Shown here one piece after another: positions 1 through 39,799 of a DNA stretch of 64,000 bases. Location: assembly GCA_963693365.1 (NCBI GenBank), contig CAVNZM010000004.1, forward strand, positions 11,932,468-11,996,467. The letters run 5' to 3'. Below the pieces are notes generated by a model. That model searched no databases, had not been told where the DNA came from, and worked only from the letters and a program-made list of their open reading frames with translations. Source of the DNA: Amoebidium appalachense. Lineage: Eukaryota; Protista; Ichthyosporea. Position numbers and translations under genes: made by a program. Within the stretch, counting starts at the first letter, position 1. Every line of letters begins with the position of its first letter.

Positions 1-2001
1 TTTGACCAATAGAAATAATAATACAGACAGAAGCAGGGTCGATGCTGTGGTTGTTTTAACTAGTCGTGATCAAAGCTAATGTTTTTGTTCCCGATGGGAA
101 TGTTATGTACACCTGAAGAACACCACGATGGCCTTAACCTTAAAAATTACAGACCTAAATTTTGGCAAAAGAGAGTGGAGCTTTGTTGCGAGTTGATATT
201 CTACATAACTGCTACTTTACCGAATCAAACAAACTCGTGGCAAGACCCACATGCACAGTCAGCGTCATCCTTCCAGAAACCTGGTTTTCAATATTGGCCA
301 AAAAAGAGAACTAGGCCACAAAACTTTGAGTCCTACGAACACGGAACAACGTGTCATGTCGAAGGGAGGACCGCCGTTGCAGACCCTCACAAGCATCCGA
401 TGTAGTCACGACCTTCACACTGTTTCTCCGCAAGGGCAAAGTCTGGCTCGTAAAGCTACTCGAGGGACCAGCACGTGAATTCGTGTAGTTTTTGTCTGTG
501 TCGTCTTGATCTATGTCCACCCGTGCTGGTGGCAGTGCCTCCAAATCAGCCATGTTTGGAACACCTCTGCAACGTGGATGGGTTGCTAAATTTTGGTTTT
601 CAGTCTCTGTGTAAGCAAGCCAGGTTGGTGCAGAAGGCGACTTCATCGACTTCCTCCTCACCCTTGCAAGGTCTTGTTGCTTCGTCTGTACTTTCTTCCA
701 CGCTTTTTCTAGCTCAGGATCGTGCAAAGAGCAGTCCCCATCGCTCAGTAGTTCCCCACCCTGCGAGTAACGGATAACGAGAATTCAGTGGAAAATTAAG
801 CTTGCGACATACTGCCATACCAAAATGGTACTAAAAGGAAGACTCTGAAAAGCAACACTAGACTGGTGCATATAGTAAGGCTGGGTAGCACCACGAAAAG
901 CTTCAAACAATGACACATACAAGAGTCTTGTAGTGCACAGAAACCCGCAGCTGACTGCCACTCCTACCGGCCAACTGATGAAACTTTCTATCAGTCATGC
1001 CTCAGCCACAACAAACGCAAACTAGCGACCAACCTTTCTTTGCGGGGTCCCCAAACGGTCGTATTTCATGGACTTTGACCGGCTGAAACCACTCAAAAAT
1101 TTCTTAAGCGACACCATGACTGACATTCGTTCAGCACCCTGGTTCGAAGGTTTCGTTTCACGGCTTCAACTGGGCAGGGGTGTTAGCTTTGCGCGGAGTA
1201 ACTATCTCTGGTTGTTGGGATAAATGATTCAAGGGGAAAATAAGACTGTGCCCGCAGCAGGCCGAATCTGAAAGTTATACAGTTTCAATAAACTGCGTGG
1301 GTGTAGGAACACAATGGACTGCTGACGTTGCTCCTTATGGCCTTCTGCAATTGCCTGAGAAATTTGCAGCCACGCCGTGGGGCACACGATCACCGTTGGT
1401 TGAGAAGAAGCCCAAATAGAATCAGGGGGAGCATGTGAGTTTGTTATCCTACTTCATTGGACAGGAACTTCAGCAAGCCAGGCTCTTCCCAAAAGCAAAC
1501 CCACATGCCATGTTGCAGTAGCCTTAACTGAAAACTATCAACTTCAGTTCAGTTCAAGTATCGTGTCTCCAGTGGCTCCTCGAGCTCAGACAGAGCCTCC
1601 TCCACGTCAACTTTGCCAAACGTATGAATGCCGGATCAGCAGGATCTCCCTGGCCTATCTTTGCTAGATGGCGGAATCGGTTTCCGATTGGCTACAGAAT
1701 GCCCTTAGGTGGACGGCAAAATAGATCGGTGAGTGAGTATCAAGTGACCAAGAATTTTACAAACTCCAGATAGACAAAGAGTTGAGCTATAGCATATTGC
1801 TCTTAATTATTAAAACGAAAAGATGTTTGTAGTATATATTGACCTAAATTAGGGTTTATATTTTGTTTTGAGGCTTGGTCTAGGCTTTTCAGATGTATCA
1901 CATCACTGGAGCAGTCATAGGCTTTTGCACACCTCTCTCCAATAGATTCTCATTCAGTTTCCTATTGGTGTAGCGAGCATCACACGCTCTCATAGAGCGG
2001 T

Positions 2002-2792
2002 CACATATCCTACCCCCGGATTTTGGTGATTTTTTTTATCTCGTGAATAATGCAATCGCTTGCATCCAACCCGATCGCATTTCGATCAAATGCGCCCCGA
2101 ACCTTGCGCCAGCCCCATATTAGCGCGACCCGACATTGGATTTGGCTACGGTGCAGCTGCGCGAGGCTACATTTTGCCAGACCCAAGTCTTCTTTTTTAC
2201 CGGCTTTTGCTGGATCTTGCGGATATTTTATCGGCTACATGTAAGCTTCAATCTTGATGGAGCATATACAGAAGTGTTATTTACACCCGGAGGATAACAA
2301 GTCCCTGTATGCCATGCCTATCGCAACTCCGACTTCTTGCAGAAATCCGATGCAAGTGTGTCGTCTAATCGTGCTACAGCCAATGAAAATCGCGTTATAT
2401 CGTCTGCCTACGCTTCTGGGATTGATATTCCGGAGGACTACGATCACGACGAGGCGTATGCACCTGGGCGAGTCTTCAAGAAAGCAGCTTTGTCATCTGA
2501 ATAAAGCAAAAATAAAGCCTTGTCGAGCTTGCACATGTATTGCTTTTCAAAGCAACATGCACATGCAGGAATAAGCTTCACGGTACAAAATATTCTTTCT
2601 GTAACCGGGCCGGGTCTGGCAAAATGTAGCCTCGCGCAGCTGCACCGTAGCCAAATCCAATGTCGGGTCGCGCGAATATGGGGCTGGCGCAAGGGTCGGG
2701 GCGCTTTGATCGAAATGCGCTCGGGTTGGATGCAAGCGATTGCCTTATTCACGAGATAAAAAAATCACCAAAATCCGGGGGTAGGATATGTG
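2002..2792. mobile_element. MITE / non-autonomous DNA transposon with ~180-bp terminal inverted repeats
   Basis: 2002-2184 (CACATATCCTACCCCCGG...GCCAGACCC) is the near-perfect reverse complement of 2612-2792. The ~430-bp interior has no recognisable transposase. No exact TSD: flanks are GCGGT and TGCGG. Confidence 0.85.
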
Positions 2793-5650
2793 TGCGGCGA
2801 GCGCTTGCAGCCGCAGCGCATGCCAGCCAGAGTACGTGGCAACCCCTTGTTGGACGTTGCGTAACCCGGGTGTATATGGCCAATAATTTATGTTCCTATT
2901 AAGGTGAATGCAAAAACTTAAGATATGGAACCCGGTGACTTGTATATACAGTACGGGAGTGTAACGCTAGCGCTACACCCAGTAGTCAGTACCCCCTGAG
3001 TTGGCCAGCCACGGCTGGCCATGCATATGGCCAGTGGAGTTGAAAACCCTCCAATATAGATAAGAGTGTACCGACTGACCGATAGTCTTACATTAGACAC
3101 CCCGCTTGTGCCATGCCACGGCGGGCTATGGCCAGTGGAGCTGGCCAGTGGGCCACTCCGCGGGATCCCCCCAGAGTTCCAATATAATCTTTCGACTGCA
3201 ACATTTTTTACTTTTAATGTGATTGTAGGCTATTCAATACTTTACAACAGTCAGAGGAGAGATATGAAAAGCATACTTAGGAGGCAATTTAAAAAAACTT
3301 CATGATCCAATAGCAAGGCATACTGAGATACCCGAACACGGTGTGAAAATCATATAGATGCTACCAACAGAATTAATATTCAACAAGAAATTTATCTGAT
3401 CAGTTTTATAAAATCTAGATCTAAAATAAGTTAGTAAGGATAATCATTATCATAGAAAAACAAACCAGTCTTCTAACTTCCATAATCTGAGATAAACAGA
3501 TACATCTAGTGTTTACGAGAAAAAGGCGCCGCACAAAAGTGGCACAAACGTTTATTATGGAAACAAAGGTTACAGCGTTCAAAACAAACCTTTAATTAAA
3601 AATCAAAAATAATATTAACCAAGCGGCCGTGGCGGCTTACACTAATTAGTCACAATCGCAAGTCAAAATAATATTCTGTCGCCGCTGTGTAGAATAAGAA
3701 TCCGTAGTGTGCGGCCTGAGTGTCTGACAGCAGTTTCTTCCTTCCCGGGCGTCGGTATTTCTTCTCTAATTTATTTTTTTTATACTTGTAATTAGCATGG
3801 CTATTTACTCAGCATGATCCCGGACACCATATGTAGCTTTAGAATTTCTGGAAGTTCAAAAAACCCCTTACACAAGCCACTTGCTTCACGCCCCATTTGG
3901 GAGTGTTGGGGGACTCAAGGCGAAGAGGCCAGGGTGTGCAATTTGTTAGCTACTACTGTACATGCTATGACAGGGACATTTTGGTAGCCTTTTCTCAGCC
4001 AAGATAGCCCTTGCAGGGATAATAATATATTTGAAAAGACTTCTTTTATTGGGCCTTTATTTGAAAACCATTGGCCCTCTATAATCTTGAATAGTTTGGG
4101 GCACTTTTCGGATATTGGACACGGTGAGTCGATGATACTGATTTCACAACCTGGATGCCGCAGTGCGGTACGATACAATACCCGGCATACGCGTGGCCCA
4201 CTGGCCGCAGCTGGGGCGTCGACATGTGCTTGGATGGATGATCTGTGTAGGCCTGCCCGCGACTCTGGCCACCTTCAATAATCTATATAGTTCAAGAGCA
4301 AGAAACACTATATTAGTACTAGATTATTACTTATAGCACACTTGTCTTATTCCAACAGTGAATGCCATCAAACATATCAATTTGATCAATGCGATCATGC
4401 GAGCCACCGCGCTGCTTTTTTTTTGGAATTTCCTTGGTGAATAAAAAAGAATGAAACAGGCACGTGCGCCGCATTTCATGAAGTTCATGACTTATATAAG
4501 AATTTTTCTGCAACGTTTGACATGACGATGAACTCACTTTCACATGTCGGTAAAACATATAACTTGAACGCAGACTTCCATTCTCTCGAGAGCTCCATTT
4601 ACATGAATATTCCGTTTTTTTTTTGGTCCTTGAGAAACGCAAGCTGTTCACATGAAATGCCATTCTCACGTTTAAATTCCGCAACCTCGCTCATTACGTC
4701 ACTTTCAGCCAATCGTAGCCGCCCTCCCAAAAAACCAAAACATTGGCATAGCGACAACAACACGCTACACGTGTAAAAGGAAACGGAAGACAGACCTGAG
4801 TCTGAAGCCGGAAACGCAATTTTCACAGCTGTCACTTCAAGAGGCTTCCTTGAACAGGTCTTTCCCATTCATCTTGCGACAGAAAAAATTGTGCAGGCCT
4901 AGTGTATTGTGGTAGCCCAAGTTTCATAATTTCCCAGGTGCATCTTCACAGGCCGGCCACTGCCAGAAGCCGATATCGTTCCGGTTCAACGGAGTGTCGT
5001 ACTACCCCGCCCGGGCCCCAGTGAAGTTTTTCTGGCATAGTGCATCCCAGCTGTCACTGCATGCGCAGTGAGTCGAACCCGGAGCAAGACTTAGGTACGT
5101 GCAGCTGGTAGACCCCCGATTAGAAAACGAATATTGGGTTCTTTTCTGCGTTTGCTTGACCTTCCTGCTGTGGGAACGCAGTGCACATTCCATGGCATCG
5201 TCCGGGTGTTATTGTAAATAGGCTCAGTCGGACTAGCTCAATGGAAGTTATGATAACGCCGTTACTCAGGCTGGCCCACGGGCTACCAGTAGGAACTCAG
5301 TTGCAAAGCAAGGTAAATACATCATAAAGGTTCGGCAAAATGTAAACCCTTTCAGGTCACAAGGCTTCGGCTGTGGTTACGGTTTTACGGCCCCTTCACA
5401 CCCGACCCGAGGCTCGAGATCATGATATGCCTTTTATCCCGGGGACTCTGAGACTCAGTAATTCTCCGTTACCGCTCGCCAAGTCCGGAGCTTCTAGAGT
5501 AGTCACACCGGGCTTGTTTCAAAAAACATACTAGGAGAGACAGACACTGCCGATTCGCCTAAGTTACTCTCGTGAGTGGCTACGTAGGATAGCACCTCGG
5601 TGTGCCGCAAAAACAACTTGAGGCGTTAACACAGTGTGTGGGCCCGGGCC

Positions 5651-5746
5651 GCATCCTGGTCCGATGTATTCATTAATGGCCTAGCCCATCGGCAGGGCGC
5701 ATCCTGGTCCGATGTATTCATTAATGGCCTAGCCCATCGGCAGGGC
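5651..5746. repeat. Perfect 48-bp tandem duplication
   Basis: GCATCCTGGTCCGATGTATTCATTAATGGCCTAGCCCATCGGCAGGGC occurs at 5651-5698 and 5699-5746. Confidence 0.95.
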
Positions 5747-6983
5747 ACTTGAAACTTTAGGGCCTTCTGGAGGCCCCGGTCGGACGTCACTTACGCTCAC
5801 GGGTCCGTTAATTTTGTCGCCTGGCTTGTAAATGAGTGGTGTACAGTGCCCGGCTGGCAGCAAGCAGTTTAAGAGCTTTGCCGGCAGGATTGTAGCGGAC
5901 GGTATACGCTTTTCAGTCTCTCACAATAATCGAGATCACTCGAACCCAAGTTAAATTAGTGCGAGTTACCGTTTACAACCCTTAATTCCTGTGCATCCGA
6001 CAGTATTGCCGTAAGTCACGGTGCTGTAAAAGTACGAACCTCTTTGTGAGTTCAACGCGTCGTTCACGGTCACCAGTTTATGGCGCTCAAAAGTGGTGGC
6101 CTAGTTTGATGGTACAACTACTCCTTAGTACCTATGCAACATAACCCAAAGGGCAGTCCCCGGTCACAACTCAGTGATTTTACCGAGTTTTCGGTTCGCT
6201 AGCCTTTTCTGTGTGAGGCAATCAGACTCATCCGATGATATACAAATTTTTTTGTGGGGGGGAATCTCGGTTCAGGTTTGACGGAACGGAATGGTTTTCT
6301 CGGAGCCTCTTGCCATAATGTAGCTCAATCCCGGGAACTTCTGAACAGTGAGTGGTTCAGCACTGCCGGCCACTGATGCCCGGCTGTACTCCATGGCAGG
6401 CACTGCCAGGGCCGGCAAAGCTTAACCCGAAGCTCAACTTCGTAACAACCCCGCCGAATGGCAATAGTTCAGAACACGTGCAAGTGAGGCATCGAAATTT
6501 TGAAGGGGCAAAAATTCGAAGTTCTCCGAGTCTTCTTGCCCGGTCGGCGAAGTTGGACGAGGTGTTGGTGAGCGAGCAGTCTAGTGCAGGACAGTGTACT
6601 CGGCTTGCGGTGGCACACGCAAAGTGGGGTGACTTGTCGGTTTCTGTTTGAGTTATTGCTGCTAGGCTAGTAGCTAGCGATGGCAAGATTGCATGAGGCT
6701 AAGCCTTACATGAGCTTCCCTATTGTGGAAGAAGTATGCATACAAGTGACTCGACTCCAGTGAATGTGGCCAGCCGGGCCCCCCTGCCCAGCATCATGGC
6801 GATGTCATAAGATACTATTAAGGCAGCACCTGGTTTACGTTTACACGTCTGCAGTAATGTGAGGACCAGGTTCTTTTTACACTGTGATTACTACTATAAC
6901 AGTGCTCGGCAGCACGATTCGATACTTTGAACACATCTAACTCAGAAACCAATTCCTGCAGGATAGATTAAATTTGAGGAAAG

Positions 6984-19828
<12,845 letters not shown>

Positions 19829-20185
19829 CCGGGGATCATCAGCGGCTGTGGTCACTATAAGAAAGATTATATTGACTGGGCTTCAGTGGACTGTATGCCA
19901 TTATCATTGTGTTATAAATATCGGCACTGTGGCCGAAGAGCTGCAGTGGTTGAGAAATGTATTCAATCTGCCCGTGTCTGCCAGTGAAGTCCCAGTCGGG
20001 CCCGGGCCCGGGGTATCAGTTAGACTGCAAGCATGCAAAAGTTTCAAAAAATTTGACCTCATCGCCGTCTATGTACTCAGTTCAATGACTGCTTCAACAT
20101 CAATCATGTTTCCATGCCACGGTGGTGACAGGCTGTTCGCCTGGCCCAGCCTGAGGCTGAATCATGTCACAGACCGTCCACAGTG

Positions 20186-20466
20186 TAAGCCTATGTAAAT
20201 CTATCCCAAAAAACTACCTAAATATCATATTGCTTTTCTCCCGATCTATCACAAAACCTACCTAAATATCATAGATCATATCCCGGAAAATCCCGAAAAA
20301 TGGACCTAAATATCAAGTTTATCTATCCCTTGGGCCCCTATCTATCCCGAGAAATATCATTTTTCTCTCGCTGAAGCCTAAATATCCGGGCTAATATCCG
20401 GTGCTAAACTTAGCCCGGCGGGCAGGTATCCATAATATTTCGAAGACTCAGGCCTAAGTATCACGT

Positions 20467-20531
<65 letters not shown>

Positions 20532-20552
20532 TGGGTGGGTGGGTGGGTGGGT

Positions 20553-20587
<35 letters not shown>

Positions 20588-20729
20588 TGCATGCATGCAT
20601 AAAAAGGATATGCATATGGATCATATGCACCATTACGTACGTGTGAGTCGTGACAAGTCTGCAGTGCACGTGTGGCCGGCCCCGGCCTCGATTGAGGGCG
20701 GGGGGTGGGGTGGGGGGGGGGGGGGGGAA

Positions 20730-20765
<36 letters not shown>

Positions 20766-21229
20766 GGAATAACTTGTATGCATGCATGAAAAAGAGTATG
20801 TGTGCACGAACCAGAAGGCCAAAGGCTGGGGGGGGGGGGGGGGGGGGGGGGGACTCAAGGCACGGGACGGTCTTGCCACCACAATGAAATTTTATCCTTG
20901 CTCACGTCGACTACTTATCTTCTACTACATATACATGACTTTTTATCAGCCTGACTTTCCTCTCGTTCACAACCTTGATCTTAGCCTATTTGCTGTGATA
21001 TCCCTGGCCACAAACATTTATAATATATCCCTAAACCCACGGGATACCTAAATCTATCCTGAGCGCTCGACCTGGATATATCCACCCCCTGTGGATAGAT
21101 TGGAAATCCCGCCCCTCCCTAAATATCATTTGGAACTATCCCAAAACTGCCTAAATATCCGGATATATCCCATATCCCGAGGACCCCTGAATATCCTGTG
21201 GAGATGCGGGATTTTTTTACATAGGCTTA
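20186..21229. mobile_element. hAT-type MITE
   Basis: 14-bp TIRs TAAGCCTATGTAAA / TTTACATAGGCTTA, perfect 8-bp TSD CCACAGTG (20178-20185 and 21230-21237), multiple subterminal CCTAAATATC motifs, no coding capacity. Confidence 0.9.
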
Positions 21230-21982
21230 CCACAGTGTAGAGAGACTCCGTAAGAATCAGATAAAAAATAAAACAAATGATAATAATTTTATCCGATGAA
21301 TGGCAGATTACTCAGACTACAAGTGTACTAGCTGTGAGCGGTAACCGTAGCCGAATTGAAGCCAGTGACTGTCAGCCGGTCACAGCGACCATTAGGGCAG
21401 TCATCATCATGATCAGGGGTGCATCCATAATGATTGGCTAGAATTCAAAGGCGTGACCAGCCCGGCTCACTGACAGGGACCCTGGGTGTCACAGTGCCCG
21501 GCTGCAAAATTTTCCTTTTTTGTGTAAACTCTGAGAATAACTTACGAGTAGTCACGATAGTGCACCGAGTCGCAGTGACTGGAAACCGCTGCGGTAAAGG
21601 TCACGGTCAAGCTGTGTACGCGTAAATTTACCATGCAATCCAGAGGCCATCATGCTTGCATACTGGCAACGGCTAGACTAACATTGTGCATTGGTCGTTA
21701 TGCCTTCTCTTGTCATGAAAAATCATGTGTGGGGTTTACGCTGTTTAATCGAGGGAAAGAGAGACCAGTCTCAGGTATGGGGGGGTTTTTGCTCGGAATA
21801 TCCCCTCAGCGGTATATCATGATCAAGGACATAGATGTCGGGTGATGATTATATATCAGGGTTTACTCTCTACGAGGCACCATAAAGACTAAGACAACCA
21901 ATTAGTTGGGTTCCCCGTGTTTTTTTTTTTTTTTTTTTAAAAAAAAAATTTTCGGGCTCCCCTGGGACACTCGGTATCAGCT

Positions 21983-22064
<82 letters not shown>

Positions 22065-22936
22065 AGAATTTTGTAATGATGTGTTTCTCAAGCCAATCAA
22101 TACATCTAATAAACAGGTCATAGTTACGTGTGTTAGTATAAAAACACAGATGTTGTAATTTTCAGGTACTACTAGGCTATCTTTCTGGGTGTCTGTTGTG
22201 AATGTCGAGGTGTCGTGTGTGTGTTGCGGTATTATGTGGTCGATCAAACTACATTTGGCGATACATGATCGTTTAAAGTGGTGTATGTGTGTGTGTTGTT
22301 TGGGCATGTAAACGATGCCACCTTATACTTTTAAATCTCCACTGTATAGCACGTGTACAGTAAAAGCGTGATAAGTGATCAATATTACCATCAGCTAGAG
22401 AAAGACCAGTTCTACAGGAAGGTATTGAATATAGGTGTTATACATTTGCGAGTGCCATATTTGGCAATATGGTTAAGGCGGTCTATGATATATAAAACGA
22501 GACATACGGCTTAGTTTTTCAAGGTGTCTGCAAATTTCATCGGGTCTAGTGTCTTGTGGTATCTTTTTCCATTTTTTATATTGTGTAATTATAATATGTG
22601 ATTATGTACATGTCTAATAAGTAAGTGGCAGTCCAAAGTCACACGCACACTTTTGCGGGGTTTATTTGTATTTGTGCCCGGGGAAGAAGGAGAGAGGGAG
22701 GGAAGGAAAGAGGGGAGAGGTGGGGAGGGGACAGGTCGGATAGAGAAGAGAGGGTGGGAGGGCAGATAATTCTTTAAGCGGCTTTTGTGCTTATTGAATT
22801 TCAGCGCGAGATGGGATCCGGATACTCTAGCAGCTATTGGGACCAGACCGTATATCGAGAGCGTTACTCAGAGGGCCGTGGCGTTACTGGCCCAGGTTTA
22901 CAACAGTTGTTAGATAGAAAGGAGGCAACTTCTACT

Positions 22937-23450
22937 TCAAGGAAATTTGCCAAGGGTTCCCCTTAAGCGCTCTAGTTCTCTCTTTCTTGATCCAAGCGGC
23001 GAGAAGGGGTAGACCATATTCAGATGCCAGGAAGACAAAAGTGCGAATAAATGTAAGTCTAAAGGGTTCCCCTTAAGCGCTCTAGTTCTCTCTTTCTTGA
23101 TCCAAGCGGCGAGAAGGGGTAGACCATATTCACATGCCGGGAAGACAAAAGTGCGAATAAATGTAAGTGTAATAGGTTCTGAAGGATGGAGGGGTTTGTC
23201 TTTAGAAATATTAGCCGAGAAGAAAGCTAACCGCTTACGAGCCAGCTCTACCCTCTTTTCAACCATATGGGAAAACATAACACCAACAGAATTGACTGAA
23301 ACACCAAGATATTTGTATTCTGGAACGATAGATACAGGTATAGATGATAATGTAAATGTGTGTAAATTGTTAGCTATATCAGGTACAAGAACACCACATT
23401 TCGCCTATGTTAAGTTAACCAGGTTAAGGATCACTTGCACCAAGTCCTCC
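22937..23450 (-). pseudogene. Non-LTR RT C-terminal/thumb fragment
   Basis: Minus strand reads AKCGVLVP...IVPEYKYLGVSV...FIRTFVFPACEYGL, the typical KC, YKYLG and P..EYG motifs. It is disrupted by a ~110-bp internal duplication (22952-23057 vs 23062-23168). Confidence 0.8.
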
Positions 23451-23961
23451 TTGTGACAAATTTACAGTCATCAAGATATTTGGCGGGAGGCAATCCGTCT
23501 TTTCCCAGGCAATTCAAATAAATTTATTAGGCAAACTTCCAACTACTATGATTACATTGTCTGGTTGAAGTCATAGTATGTCATAGAAAAGCCTTATTTG
23601 TGCTTATGGAAGGCACTGTCCCGGTTGCCATTGACTCATCAATCACTTCATCAATAGTAGATTGATGCCCGACATATGTATGTTACAGTAGGTCACAGTG
23701 TTTTCTTTAGGTTATGCGGATTCCTTTACCGAACTTTATGCACAGATACCTGCGAGATACAATTTAGGGGTTTACGCTGTTTACTCGAGGCAAAGAGAAC
23801 CAGTCTCAGGTATGGGGGGGGGGGTTTTGCTCGGAATATCCCCTCAGCGGTATATCATGATCACGTACATAGATGTCGGGTGGTGACTATATATCAGGGT
23901 TTACTTTCTCTACGAGACACCATAAAGACTACAAGGAGAAATCAATTAGTTGGGGTTCCCC

Positions 23962-24003
<42 letters not shown>

Positions 24004-24035
24004 GGGCTCCCCTCGGGACACTCGGTATCAGCTGG

Positions 24036-24088
<53 letters not shown>

Positions 24089-24108
24089 TGTGTGTGTGTG
24101 CGCGTGCG

Positions 24109-24717
24109 CTATAATTTTGTAGTGATGTGTTTCTCAAGCCAATCAATACATCTAATAAACAGGTCGTAGTTACGCGTGTTTAGTATAAAATCAAGGATGT
24201 TGTAATTTACAGGTAGGCTATCTTTCTGGGTGTCTGTTGTGAATGTGACGTGTGTGTGTTGCGGTATTATGTGGTCTATCAAACTACATTTGGCGATACA
24301 TGACCGGTTAAACTGGTGTGTGTGTGTGTTGTTTGGGCATGCAAATGATGCCACCTTATACTTATTAGATCTCCACTGTATAGCACGTGTACAGTAAAAG
24401 CGTGGTAATTGATCAATAATACCATCAGCTAGAGAAAGACCAGTTCTACAGGAAGGTAATATGTATTTAGGTGTTATACACTTGCGAGTGCCATATTTGG
24501 CAATATGGTTGAGGCGGTCAGTATATATAAAACGAGACATAAGGCTTAGTTTTTCAAGGTGTATGCTTTCATCGGGTCTAGTGTCGTGTGGTATCTTTTT
24601 CCATTTGTTATATTGCGTGATTATCTTGTGATTGTGTACATGTTTAATAAGTAAGTGGCAGTCCAAAGTCACACACACACTATTGCGGGGTTTATTTGTA
24701 TTTGTGCCCAGGGGAGA
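24109..24717 (-). pseudogene. Non-LTR retrotransposon ORF C-terminal region (3' part of ORF 24109..24987)
   Basis: YILPSCR...AIQWRSN...CPNN..HQFNRSCIAKC...NYNILDFILN. A more decayed second copy lies at ~22064-22681, directly downstream of the RT thumb. Confidence 0.65.
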
Positions 24718-26644
24718 AGGGGAGTGCCATAACAGAAGTGCCAGTATTTGGAAATGCATGCAGCTCATTGAGCTCACGTACTCTTTTGCTGCACGTGCGC
24801 TTGAGAACTCCACAAATCCCAGGCACTGCCCAAGCCCACACTCTGCGTCGCTTATAAATAGCATATGCATAAAAAAAACCGGGAAAAATAAAAAAAAGCT
24901 CTTTTCTTTGATGTATATGCGATACACTGTCTGACTGTGCTCCGGACTTTGAGCACAAGGATCGTGCAGGAATTCAGATTTGAGCACAACCCTTTAGCCA
25001 ATCCCTTGTGCGAACAGACGGCTTTGACGCAGGGTGTTAAATTTGTTTTTGGCTAATATTATTTGCCATTTTCCCAATTGGTGGCTTTCCGCCAGCCTGG
25101 ATGGCCCATTATTATAACAAAGCCAACAACCGTTTTTAGGTGTATTTTCCTATGTGATTGGCTCTATTATGGCCAATCTTTGGGAAATAGATGGACCTAA
25201 TGTCAAAAAAAATTTTTTTTTCTTTTGACTCGGTTTTATTGATCCGTTGATGAAGGCAACGGGCAGCCACAGGCTACATAACCACCAATAGAACTGAAAA
25301 AGCCAAAGCTACGAAATAAAAATAAAGCGACAAGTGACAAAGGACACCAGCGGGCAAAACCTTAAGTGTACGTGTATGCGTGAAACTAGTTTGCTCCAAC
25401 TAGTCATATGCATCGATGTTGACCAGACCACACTCCGCAAGAAGACATCATTACTGCTGCTTCCCAACAGGCCCCCCTCAAAACCTACCGAGGCACAGCA
25501 AGCAAGCCAGCCTCCACAATTAGGGACAATTTTCGGAATTTCGGAATTTCACAGCCTGCTTGAGGCTCACGAGACACAAAGCCGTCCGTGCATTGGTGCA
25601 CACCCCGGCAGGGTGCGAAATGTTGTGCTTGAGTACCTGCTGCTCAGGGTGGCCCTTCTATGATAAAGAACACTGTGTCTTATATATAAAGACGTTTGAA
25701 AAAAAAGTGGGCTTAACAAAAAAAAAAAACAGAAACTATTTAAGTTTATGTTTTTTTACACCCTCATAATTACGCTGCACCGTGCCGGGCTACCGACGTC
25801 AGGGTCGTGATTCCTCAAGGGCACACACACTTAAAGAAATCACGCGTGACTCAAAGCCGCAGTGAGCTGCCGCCCGCGTTACTGCAGAGAACAGACGTCG
25901 ACGAGGCTGAGCTCGAGTTTGTACAGTATTTCAGAGCTATAGCCTACTTTGTAGTGGTGACAGTTTTTTAGTTGCCAAGGATATTATCCTTCTGTTCATT
26001 TGTATTTACAAAGTTTTAGAATTGATATTAGGACCTCATAACGACTCTGAGGAAGACAAACTTGGTGATTTGAAAGTGAACTTTTCTGAAATCCTGAATT
26101 ATAGTGCCCGTGAAAGGCCTTACATCAACTTGCCAAGCACGGATTACGGGTTGAAGTTCAACTCTCATGTTGACGAAGTGCTTGGAACGGACTCAGCTTC
26201 TTCCTTACCGACTGCAGTGTTTTTATGTTGGGCAAGTTGCTTAGTGTGACGGTGACGTCTAAGAAGCTCAGAGTCGAATTTACACTTAGGGGCCATAACA
26301 TCTGGTGCTTGCCCGAAACTTTCAAATTAAAATCAGTTGCCCATGTTTTATTTCAGTCTTCAAGATGACCGTCATCTTCGAACACTGAGCCTCGACACTC
26401 CACCACTAGTCTATCAATACCGTGACGCGCATGTTGTTACCAGCCCATGCAGACTACTGATTACTCGGGCGAACTGCTATAAAACGCTTCTCATTGACAA
26501 CCCGCCATTCCCGTAGGCTCAGCGGACCGGCACGGTAACCGATTCCGCATTTTCAGAGGGGTAGGTTAAACCGAGAGTGTTGGAGAGGAGCAGGGACCTC
26601 GGGAGTTGTTTTGGAGACCACCAGCTACTTCGACCGCAAAGGAC

Positions 26645-39799
<13,155 letters not shown>

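Larger units (their letters stand above)
21731..24720 (-). mobile_element. Two head-to-tail, truncated copies of a non-LTR retrotransposon 3' region
   Basis: ~950-bp direct repeats (21731-22681 and 23767-24717), each with a C-terminal Cys/His-containing coding segment, a (CA)n run and an A run on the minus strand. RT thumb motifs lie between them. Confidence 0.8.

Noticed and set aside
3300-4870. AT-rich short ORFs (3915-4178, 4331-4868) as genes
   Set aside because: No recognisable motif or consistent splice pattern; possibly old TE debris but not supportable.
25030-25330. CAGGG-starting segment rich in CCAAT/TTGGC motifs as a hAT end
   Set aside because: No matching second TIR or TSD was found.
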